Of a DNA stretch of 64,000 nucleotides, positions 1 through 10,252 are shown in pieces. Within the stretch, counting starts at the first letter, position 1; every line of letters begins with the position of its first letter. The notes under the pieces were generated by a model. It was given only the letters and a program-made list of their open reading frames with translations. It was not told where the DNA came from and ran no database searches. The translations under genes were made by a program, and so were the position numbers. Source of the stretch: Bigelowiella natans CCMP2755 (taxonomy: Eukaryota > Protista > Cercozoa); contig ADNK01000343.1 of assembly GCA_000320545.1 (NCBI GenBank), positions 960 through 64,959 on the forward strand, written 5' to 3'.

Positions 1-1218
1 TTGTGACGGCAAATCGGAGTTGTAAATAGCATCTATCGCTTGGGAAGCAACCGTTTCCAGCTCTTTCTGGAGAACAGCTGCTGATTCTGCCACCTGTTCG
101 AGTAAACATCATTTGAACTAAGGACAATGGCCAGGAACGATGCATCAAAGTAGGCTACTACAAGTGGCACAAAATGTATTAATCGTTCAACAGGCGCTTG
201 GTGGCTTGTCAGCAGTTAGATGCTACCACCTACCCGCTTCGTTGCCTCTTCGTCGACCCATACTGGGAATTCACCACCACCACTGCTGCTGCTACTACTA
301 CTACTACTACCACTACTACTACTACTACTGAGGTCGTTGTTATTGTAGGTATTTGCAGGTGCATCACGTGCTCCTGTCGTTTCTACCGCCTTGGTACTCG
401 TCTGCTGCTGCGTATTGGAGATTTCATCATCATCATCATCATCATAATCACTTGAGTTTTTAGTCTGGATTCCTGTGACTGCTGACATTTGTGAAGAACC
501 TTGCTGTTGTTGTTGCTGCTGCAGCGATGGTTCCTGTCCGAAGTTGGCATTGCCTTCGTGTTGGTGTTGATGTTGGAGGTGGTGTGCCTTATTATTGTGG
601 CGGTGGTGGCTCACAATTTCTTCTGGGGTTTTACCTCCCGAGACACGATTTACAGACACCATATTTTTGGAAGGGGATGATACTGAAGAAGATGACGATA
701 AATCTCCATTATTTTCTGCTTTTGTCTGTGACTTTGCATTGGTGGTGGTGGTGGTGGTGGTGGTGGTGGTGGTGGGGGTGGGGGTGGTGGGGGGTGTCTG
801 CGCTACGAACATTGAGCGGTAAAGTCCCTAGGCGTTTGATTGTTGGAGAGGAAACAAATCTTTGCCTACCTAAGTACGGTGTAAAAATACCCGCCTTTTG
901 AGAAGAAATATAGCGTTCGTAGTCATGGTGGATGTGATGATGCAGTCTGTGCTGCTGTTGTCTCCCCCGCACAAAAGATGAAAGTCTGGGTTTATGTGTA
1001 GCAAGACTTTTGGGTGTCGTTCCCAGAGTGCTGAAGGTAGGGGTTTGCGCTTGTGCTTGTAACCCCGAAACTGATGGCGCTAATATTAATGTAAGGACTG
1101 TCGTAAAAAGCGCTACGACTCGATCGCGGCGACTAGAGTGAAGTGACTGTAATGACGATATGCTAGGATCCAGGGAGAACAGAAAAGCGAAGGGCAATGA
1201 TCGACATAATGATGCCAT
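1..1218 (-). CDS. 5' part of a protein with a signal-peptide/transit-peptide-like leader and low-complexity linker; continues off the left edge
   Basis: ORF 709..1218 has a hydrophobic stretch (VVALFTTVLTLILAPSVSG) followed by an S/T/R-rich segment. The frame shifts in the G-run/(GGT)n at ~740-795 into ORF 216..812. A GT-AG intron at 233..94 joins ...EEATKR to VAESAAVLQKELETVASQAIDAIYNSDLPSQ (93..1). Confidence 0.6.
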
Positions 1219-1810
1219 CGGAGGCTACGTTGCCACCACAACTACTCCGTTGTGCTTCCGCTGTACTCCCTTCCCTCGGAACTATCCAATGCCCTTCCTT
1301 CTACGGAATCCTGACGAACAAACCAATTTAATTGTTTCGTTCAGTTACGTATGAGGAAGAGAGAGATTACACACGATATTTTCCCGCCGAATATCGGAAG
1401 ATCGATTCGACAGGAAAATTGTTTTCACCGGAAAATAAGGGGGGGGGGGTGATAGCCAGACCTCGTGGGCTTGTCTGAAGTTCAGACTTCACAATGCAAG
1501 GTCCAGCTCAATGACCGAGTGTTTTTTTTACATTTTTCTAAAATTCACATGTCGCTTTGAAATATTTTACGCAAAAATGTGTAAAAAAAATATGAGCATT
1601 TGCTCGGTACTTCTCGAATGTCTTAGGCCTCCCAGAACAAGAGCAACACAGCTTTCTTCAGCTACAACCAGCATCCAAAGAAAATATTTTAGTGATGAAA
1701 TGGTCGCAAATTTAATCTCATAAATTCCTCAAATTTATGTCGTATATCTAAATCATTCCTCTGTGGGAAGCTCTAGAAACATCAAGAATCTCAATGAAGG
1801 GAGAGGGGTA

Positions 1811-3868
1811 TCAACGGGCAATCATCCGAGAAGGAGCCGGGAATGGTTGATGGATGTCGAACACGAACACGAATCTTGAACACACATGCTGATTTTCACC
1901 AGAGAGTCCTCGTTTTCAGCTCGAGGCACTGCGTTTCGCACTTTGCAAAGTGCCACGTTGGAAATGCAGTAGATCAGTGAACTTTCTTTCTTGAATCTTG
2001 AATCTTGAGTGGTTGTGTTGGCCCACGCACTGCGAGGAGTGCCTTGTGGCATGTTGCGCGTAAGGTGTTCACAGGCCGAGGCGCTACGTGCACAAGTAGG
2101 CAGGGGGGGGGAAAGGCACGTTTGCTTCCTTTTGAAGAGTTGTGTTTATTTTTATTAAAGATTATATTTTTATTAAATCGTGCACTGCGTAATCATTCGC
2201 GAAGCTTTCGCGAATGCCGCCGCACGTGGGGCAGCACACTTCCGGTGTGCTGCCATGAGTCCCGCCGGAACCCACGTGCCTATGCTGTATTAATATCTAC
2301 GTTATCTATATTCTATATCCGCGACAACCCCTTTGTTGTCGCACGTGACTTGAGCACTGGTATAAGGTCCTGGGGGACCTTGATGCAGAGGGCTGGTATG
2401 GACACGAACCTAAGGACGAAGGTGAGTTCTGGGTAAGCGACAAAGGAGATAAGGTTAGAGAGGAATCTATTACCTGGTGGTTGGTGAAGTTCCGAAAGCG
2501 ATGAAGGTCTAAGGGAATAAGGAAGGAAGGAAGGAGCAACGTGACTTGTGCCCGCGTAGTGGTACGCGCTACAGGCAGCAACCAGCCTGGCAGCGCGCTC
2601 CACGATTGTCTGTGCTGCCATGCGAAAACACTTTTTCCTTCTTCACTTCTTTCTTGCACGTGTGCGTGAAAACGTGAACCCAACGATTCGTTCATTGCGA
2701 CGTTGTCACGGTGTGGACGTGCGTGCTCTTGTTCGTCAAGTCTTTGCCCGTGCGCACGTGGTTCAATCGAAGAACAGTCCTGGAGCCATGCTAGCATGGC
2801 CAGTCTAGCAGTGGCCTGTGACGTGTGTCGGACTTTCGGAAAGAAATCAGGAGGCTCGGAGGTGTGCACACGTCCAAATCGTTCGCTCCGCCGAGCTAGC
2901 GAGAGCGACCAGCGTTGGCTGGCTGGAGCACCAGAGCCAGCTAGCCAGAGCAGTGGGGCAACGCTTGCACTCAGCACCCATGGACACCGGCACACGCCAC
3001 GTGGCGCGCAGTGGGTGGCGGTCGGTCTAGCTAGCCAACGATGCGTGTGTGCACACTGCTGCAGTGAGCACTTTTTTTTCTCCACCTGTCACCACAACTG
3101 GGTCGATCACTCGCGTGCGCGGCTGCGTGCGCTAGTGCGATTTGCTAGCTTTGGCACCTGATGGAGGACGCAATTCCAAAATTGTTGATCGTGCGCGTCA
3201 CCACTCCGTCATCAGCACACAGCACCCGCCAAAACGTTCTCAGTGAGCTCAGCGGCACATCGCAGAGCGCGTTGGCACGGCTGCTGCGATGCCTCAACAA
3301 TTAGACACGCTAGCTAGCAAGCAGGTCACTCGATCAACTCGCCGAGAACCACCAGGTCGATCAGCAAGTTCATCGATCGCATTGCAGCGACAATGCAATG
3401 CGTCGATGTTTCTGCACTGTCAGCAGCTCCAGAGACAAGCTAGCAAGTTCTAGGCAGCTGGCGCTGCGCTGTCTTGCGTGCTTGCGTGTGCCCGCCCATG
3501 CACACTCATCATTGTGTCGCGCTGCTAGCGCGGTGCACGCGCGCCTAGACGTGTGGAACACGGACACAACGCTGCGTGCATGCCAGCATGCGCACATGCG
3601 CAAATCGCTGCCGTGCTGGCGTGGCTGCAGATTCACATGGCTAGACGGCGCAAACAATGATGCAAGCAAAATGCGCATGCATGCATGCGATGCATCGCAC
3701 ATCTGACATCTAGACATGCACACGTGAACACCAACACTTTGAAAAAAGGTTTCATTGTCGGGTCTGAGCCATCTTTCACAATTGAGGTTGCATCAATGAT
3801 GTCAGACAATGGTCTTCAGCGAAAAACTTTGATTTGGTCATCATCCCTTTTGAATCAGTGGACAACTG
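1811..3868. other. TpA-depleted intergenic island 1, interrupted by a TpA-retaining insert at ~2061-2571
   Basis: In 2575-3868 I count 17 TA dinucleotides, 16 in CTAG and 1 in TTAG. In 1811-2060 there is one TA. Overlapping ORFs are largely Tyr-free and Cys/His-rich. Confidence 0.85.
2061..2571. other. Structured element (candidate ncRNA, or terminus of a mobile element) with several perfect hairpins
   Basis: Stems at 2194-2203/2207-2216, 2222-2230/2271-2279 (enclosing 2231-2239/2245-2253), 2321-2328/2335-2342, 2364-2370/2375-2381 and 2553-2558/2563-2568. An A-rich tract lies on the minus strand at ~2143-2177. Confidence 0.5.
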
Positions 3869-4491
3869 CTAAACTTTCAACATGGACCATCGTGACTTTC
3901 TCAATCTGATGGACGAACCTGACCCCCTGACCGCAAAATCTTTCATTCCCTCCGCTTCAACAGGAAACACGCGTTCACGCATGAATTGCATGAACCGATT
4001 CTGATAGAAACGTGGTTCAACACAAGACAACTCCTTCTCAGCGTTACATTTGAGTACGACTTTTGCTTTCTGTTCAACCCACTTTCCCCAATTCCAGCTT
4101 TGTAGTATGTCGATAATGCCAAGATGGTACACAGCTGGACCGCGCACAACTTGGGCATACAAGACCCTTGTTGGGTCCGATTCTGGCCATTCAATCTCGC
4201 TCTTGCTAGGACGAATACTGGGCATTAGGGGATTCTCATCTCCACCCTCTGATCCGGTAGGAGCAATGCCAGATACCTTTGTGGCAGCAGAATGCGCTTT
4301 GGATTCCCGGGTAGGACGTTTGGTCCTTTTAGTTCGCTTCCGCTCCATTTTGATGTCGTTTGTGCCCATCGCCAAGGTATCATCTTCTCCATTAGCTTCC
4401 ACCGAAGCAGAGTCGTTCTCATCTATTGTGCCTATTGAAACCAAACTATGTTGGACCGTACTCAATATAATCTCTTCTCTCTCATCCACCC

Positions 4492-4535
<44 letters not shown>

Positions 4536-4557
4536 ACACAAACACATGCAAGCGTCC

Positions 4558-4635
<78 letters not shown>

Positions 4636-7567
4636 GAGAGATAGAGAACGTAGTGCTAACCTTCGCTGATGTTACTTGGTCTCTTTTTGAGTTCTCTCCG
4701 GCCACTTGGAAGGCTTTTCGATAAAGCACCAGAAGAACCATGTTTTGTCTCAGTAGCAGAATTGATATCCTGGCTTTTGCCTCTTGTCACCGCGGGAATG
4801 TCCGAAAAATCTGAGCGGTATGTCGTATAATGAACTCCCAACAGTAACGAATAGTCCATTATGTTCAGAGATGCCAAAAATTGCGAATCGGCCTGAAGTT
4901 GGCGTAGTATTTGGTCTGCAGTCTCCTTCCTCACATGCAGACCTTCCCGCAAATCATTATCTTTCATTGTACTGGAGCCTGGTGGCGTAGAACGGTTGAT
5001 CGTTGATCCCTTCAGGTCAAATTTCGCATGAATTTTATACCCCTTGGGAGCGTCGAATATATTATTGAAAACGCAGAAGTACGCAACACCATCGTACATT
5101 CGAACCGAGTATGAACCAAACATACGGATGATCAAACTGTGAGGATGTTTATGCATGTGCCACGCGTAATCATCGACAATGTCCATCAGCAAATCATGCT
5201 CCTCGTGTGTCACAGTCTTGACAACGAATTTTCGGTCGGCAGTGAAATAAAGAAAAGAATCTGATTTTCCCTCCGAGAAGTTACGTCGCATTTGTTCGAC
5301 ATCACCATCAAAGGACCGCTTGTATCTGAAATATACATAATTCAAAAGTCTATCGAAGACCTTCAGGTTTTTTATTCATCACGTTAGCGTCACCATCATC
5401 ATCATCATCACCATCATCGCCACCATCATCATCACTTGTATGAGTACTCGAGATCGGATATGTTGAAGGTTTCACGCAGGCGTCGGAAGATGCGCGGCTT
5501 GTAGGCGTGAAAACCCAAACGTTCGATTTCTAGGGGATAATCTTGAGGGGCCTGTTGCACAATATTATATTTATTTATATGTTTACATAAAAATGTATAT
5601 TGATATCGTGTGGGTGGATAAATATCGCCTAATTACTTCTTCGTCATCAGCCACCATGTTCCGAACCCTCTCCCCCAAGATGAATTTGGCCTTAGAAGTA
5701 TCTGAGAGGCGTCTATACATTTTGGGGTCAAAACTGTCCACTGAAAACTTGCGTTCTGCTGACCCCAAAGGAAAACGTATCGACGAATGAGCACGCCCGC
5801 TCAGTCTGCAGTAGTAAAAACAAGTAGGCAGGTAGTTAATCATTTAGTCATAATTATGTGCTTTTTTCATACTCACAAAATTATTTGCAAGCCATAGAGG
5901 GGCACAATAAAGCCGGAGCCGCAGCGCAGTTTCATCTTAAATATGGTCGTTTACAAACCTTTCTCCTCTTTCTAGTCCAACTTGAATATTTTCTTCAAGG
6001 CTAGAGGCTTTTGCTTTTGTATACTGTTGCTGTATTTCCTTCTGCTCTTTTCCTAAGTAGTTAGAACTTTGCAGAGAACCTCCACAGCTCTTGTGTCGCA
6101 TGTTTTTGTTCGTAGCACCAATAGATGGGAGTACTGAAATAGCTGTTTCGCCAATACCTTCTGAAGTAGCTACAACAAATTCCTTCCGTAAATCTTCCGA
6201 AATGTCAGGTTCTGCCTTATCAATCTTAGAAAGAATGAAGGAGCCGTTTGGTAATAATCGTTCCTGTTCTATCTCATACTGAACATCTTGGTGGTATGTG
6301 TACAGCCAAATTCCTAGGTCGGAGACTCCCGAAAGTCCGAGCACAAATGACATAAAAAAATCGACAATTAGCCGCCAGTTGCCAGATTTATCCGGGATCA
6401 AGCCAAGGATGAACAACAGGATATATGCGCTCAATACTGCGGCATAACACTTGGTATACCTAACGTTATTCATTTGTCAATATCTAAAAGCAGAAGTCAT
6501 AGGTATTATTAGGCAACAAGTAACTTGAATATTCTGTGTCTTATTGCCAATTTTATTTGCTAAAGTGCATCCTACTTTTTCGCCTGTTGGATGCCCTTGA
6601 CTCTCGTAGCAACCGCACGAAGTAACTTCTTATTCTCGAGCTTTCTATCAGATATAGTCAGGAGCCAAATACTCACAGCGACAATTCCTGTTAAATTCAA
6701 AATAAGCATCAGATTTTGATGTAAGCGAAGTTATATTGTAAATGGTACGTAAGAACATATCTTCGGTGATCTATGTACAAATATCCCATTAAAATTTCCA
6801 CCGTTTTTCTTTCTCACCTAGTACAAAAGCCCCTTGGAGAGTCGACGCGATGATGAGAAACCGATCCCAAGCCTCCGGTTTGTGAGAAAGCAAATCTTTG
6901 TGGGGAAAAGAGCACATGCCAAAGCTCGCATCGTAGGCTGGGTTAATTGCAGATAGAGTGCCGACAAAGAGCGATGTGCAGAAACCGAACACACCCAATC
7001 CTCTCATCTTCTTGTAAGTCTGACGAAATGGATCCGTGACGGAAACATACACATTGATACCTAACAGAAAGAGAGAACAAATATGAGTCTTGGCAAGTAG
7101 TCTTAAATATTGCACATGATTTATTACCGACAGAAAAGAAGAGACAAATGCTCATCATTGCTGAGAAGTTGGTCACGAAGGCTAGCGCCGGGTTGCAGTC
7201 ATAGTCGTAGTTGTGATCAATATTGTCGCTGATTAAGTCGATTTGCGTGTAGACCATACACGTTGTAAGTACAAGCGAAGCGAGAGTTCTGCCGTAAATG
7301 ATTAAACTTGGCCACTTTCGTAGTGGGGGATATCGAGTCATAACCGCTGCCATAAATATCAACCTGAAGAGATTACCACCAAATATCGAAATTTCAAATA
7401 GTGGTTGGTACAGCCTCGTTTCTTCTCATAAAATACGATTGGTTTAGAAATCCATTTCAATTGATACATGACTTTGACTCAAACGTCGTACATATTGTAA
7501 CTCACGCGAGAACGGAGATAAGTGAAGTGATGGTCCATGATATTGCCAAAGCTTTGACTTTCTGCAT
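3869..7567 (-). CDS. GPCR-PIPK: N-terminal 7TM receptor-like domain fused to a phosphatidylinositol-phosphate kinase domain (multi-exon)
   Basis: Spliced exons from ATG 7567 give seven hydrophobic helices (ALAISWTITSLISVLALIFMAAVM ... LIVDFFMSFVLGLSGVSDLGIWLY). The linker LR-KEFVVATSE-GI matches the LR(x)9GI motif. PIPK motifs follow: FHAYKPRIFRRLR, SEGKSDSFLYFTADRKFVVKT, FDLKGS, MDYSLLLG, GIIDILQ. Stop at 3869. Confidence 0.9.
4495..4646. repeat. (CA)n and (GA)n microsatellites in the last intron of GPCR-PIPK
   Basis: Directly visible dinucleotide runs between the donor at ~4660 and the acceptor at ~4433. Confidence 0.9.
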
Positions 7568-8372
7568 GGTTCCTGGAGGGAAGAATCAGCTCCCAATTGC
7601 TGGTTACAGTGCAGATCTGAATAAAACATTTTTAATTCATTTCAATGCAAACTTTTTGATATTGATTATCAATGAATCGATTCTGCATACCCGCAAGTGC
7701 TCCTGCCGACCCTCAACCTCCCGCTTTGATGTTATTATGAAATCTCAGATTCTCCCACAGCTTTTGAAAAAGAAATACTAAAACCCGATACGATATTCGT
7801 CAACGACTTCTCTTCATGCCATTTTTTTTAAAAATTAGTCTCTTTCACTTTTTAGTCGGAACAACAATTTCAGAACCAGCTTTTGGAATTTCACCCCAAT
7901 CCCACATGGAGCATAATGCAAACAGAGAACCACCGTATTTTTTCTGTACGACATCAATATATCATTTTTTAAAGCTAAAATGCGCCCGATACATGGCTTT
8001 TGTGCACTCATTTCGGTTACCAAAATATTTCATGTCGCCCAGAAGATTGATTCGTACGTTTACGCGATATCATCATGCCTTTGAATTTACCGAAAGACTT
8101 CCCATGAAAACGATATTGTTGTAGAGATAAATAAAAATGTTGTGACATCTGTTTTATCTAGTTGGTCAGTGAATAAATAAACCCTACTGTTAACATCCAA
8201 AGGTTGCATTCTAGTCATTGGAAGAAGCTGTAGACTATTTGGTATACCGATAATATCGTAATTATCGACCTCATATTGAATCCATAAGCTGCTGTCGTAA
8301 GCTGCTGTCGTTGTATCCTAGATCTAACCGTTCGATATTGAGGGTAGGGCGGCCCGACCACTCAAAAAGATC

Positions 8373-9114
8373 ATGGAGGGCCTTATCGGAGACGTTATGG
8401 CAGGGGAACGAGAAGCTTTGGCGGAGGTCCAAGAACAGTATAGATTCTTAGATGCTATATGAAAATACATCTTTATAGGCAGTGGAAAATTTCGAGGAAC
8501 TAGAGAATTTCCTTGGTGATCTTAAGGCACACCTGGATAAATTGTTCAAGATACCACTCAAAGAGATAGATGCCCAGCTAACGCCAATGGTTACTTCTTA
8601 CATCAAATTGTAAAATAAAACGCAATGCTATACCACTTTGTTAAATGCGATGCGTGAATCTCAACACTTGGCTTGAAAATTAATTCTCAGGAATCCGCGA
8701 CTTTACATACCTCCCTGGCCTTTACAATAAATTCTCTCTTCCACAGTAACTCAATTTTTAATTTGACTACTTAATATGTCTTTCCAGCTACTTATAGGCT
8801 GGTATGAACGGTCTCCTAAACTGAACATGTGTCATTATCAGTGTATCTGAAAACTGAGGGAGTTGACACGAAGAACCACCCGATAAAGCAAGAACTTGAT
8901 AGAGTCAAAAAGTAGCGTTATATGAAGCTGTTATATCTAAAAGTACATGCTATGATAATATATATTTCACGGCGGTAGGTACATCAAACGGGTGAAGAAT
9001 TTAGAAAAGGAAAAGAATGACAAGCATGAATCATCTGGAGCGGTTGCGAAGCGACGCGTGGATAGGAAAGCTGCCTCTAGAATGATACGTGCTGGGATGA
9101 AGAGAAAATTTTGA
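8373..9114 (+). CDS. C1D: C1D/Rrp47 nuclear exosome cofactor (Sas10/Utp3/C1D family), about 5 exons, missed by the ORF track
   Basis: Spliced translation: MEGLIGDVMAGERE...LKEIDAQLTPMESATLHTSLAFTINSLFHMYLKTEGVDTKNHPIKQELDRVKKYIKRVK...RVDRKAASRMIRAGMKRKF*. This matches the C1D consensus (AYTLNSMFWVYL..QGVNPKEHPVKQELERIR.Y..RVK, LDRGAASRF). Confidence 0.88.
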
Positions 9115-9289
9115 TGTAAATCTATTGAACTGTAACTAGCTGAAATCAGGCACTATATTATCTTTAGAAGCTTGTTGACTAGACTGTGTAAAGCAGCTGT
9201 TGGTGCTAGACGCAGTTTTGCGCTGCGACAGGCCACTGACTGAAATAAATTTATGAATTCAACTTCGGTCGACAATAATAACTAGATAT

Positions 9290-9990
9290 CTTCATGCACG
9301 CCTTTTTATCAGGTGCGTGTTACAATGTGCATGACACAGGTTGAGCAACATGGATCGGAAGTGAGCCGAGGCATCGCATGATGTCGATCAACTGCAGCAA
9401 TAGCGCTAGCAGAACACGCGCATCGCATCCAAAAACAATGGCTAGTGCGTGCGAAACTAATTTTGACCAAAAGCACTGTGAAAAGGGTCATTTGGAACTA
9501 TTGGTTTTCATTCAAAATGATCTGCAATCCATTTATGGGCATGCGGTGTAATGCTACTAGCATGCACAGTGCTAGAGCAAACACACCATGGCACCACCGA
9601 CGAGCACTGCTAAATGAGCCATGCACATCTCTAGATCTGTGCTAGCTGTGCAGCAATGATGGACAAAGCTAGACAGCATGCATGTTGAACACACCTAGCT
9701 AGCTAGATACGTGAGTTTTCACAATGCTTGCATGATAGCATCGCGTCGCGTGCGTTCTAGCGTTGTTAGATTTGGATTACTATATTGCGCTGTTTGCATG
9801 TGTCTACTGACGCCGCGCAATGTTCTAGTGATCTAGTGATGTAATGTGCGTACGCTACGAGAACGCGCGATGTAGCGATCAGTCACGCGTGTCACCATCA
9901 CTACCTAGATGTGATCTCCAATATCTCTAGATCTAGCAATGCAGCTGCTGCTAGCCTGCGTAGTTAGCAGGTAGCTTTGAACCAGCAAGA
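9290..9990. other. CTAG-rich, partly TpA-depleted intergenic island 2 between convergent genes
   Basis: About 17 CTAG in 9400-9960, abundant CATG/TGCA, and CC/GG visibly scarce. Some non-CTAG TA remains. Confidence 0.7.
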
Positions 9991-10252
9991 ATGAATGAGG
10001 CTCCACAAAATGACTACCGCCTACATCCATACATCACATAGTTGCTTGTTATGCGATGGATTGGCGCAAAATTGCAGTTGTGAAATTATTTGCGATTTTG
10101 TATATTCATAGCAGTACTATAGAGTAGTCTAGAAGTGCAAGTGGCTCCTTTGAAGAGACAATGTGATGATGAGCATAAACTGTTTGACATTTATTATCAG
10201 CCACAGGGCCACAGCATAGCGGCTTACTGCTTCTAGTATTGAGGGAAGGCTT

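Noticed and set aside
740-800. Frameshift between ORFs 709..1218 and 216..812 as programmed frameshifting or a pseudogene
   Set aside because: It falls in a G-homopolymer/(GGT)n tract. A one-base assembly indel is the simpler explanation and needs raw reads to test.
2194-2290. Hammerhead, HDV or twister ribozyme, or tRNA
   Set aside because: Catalytic core motifs and a cloverleaf were not found on either strand, so it is kept only as an unclassified structured element.
2306-3723. ORFs of 100-259 aa on both strands as real genes
   Set aside because: No recognisable domain, overlapping in several frames, and Tyr-free within the island; explained by loss of TAA/TAG.
6474-6485. In-frame TGA upstream of MNNVRY, suggesting stop-codon reassignment in GPCR-PIPK
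   Set aside because: An acceptor a few codons downstream (GTTAG|G TAT ACC) restores the frame (QQAKK-YTKCY) under the standard code.
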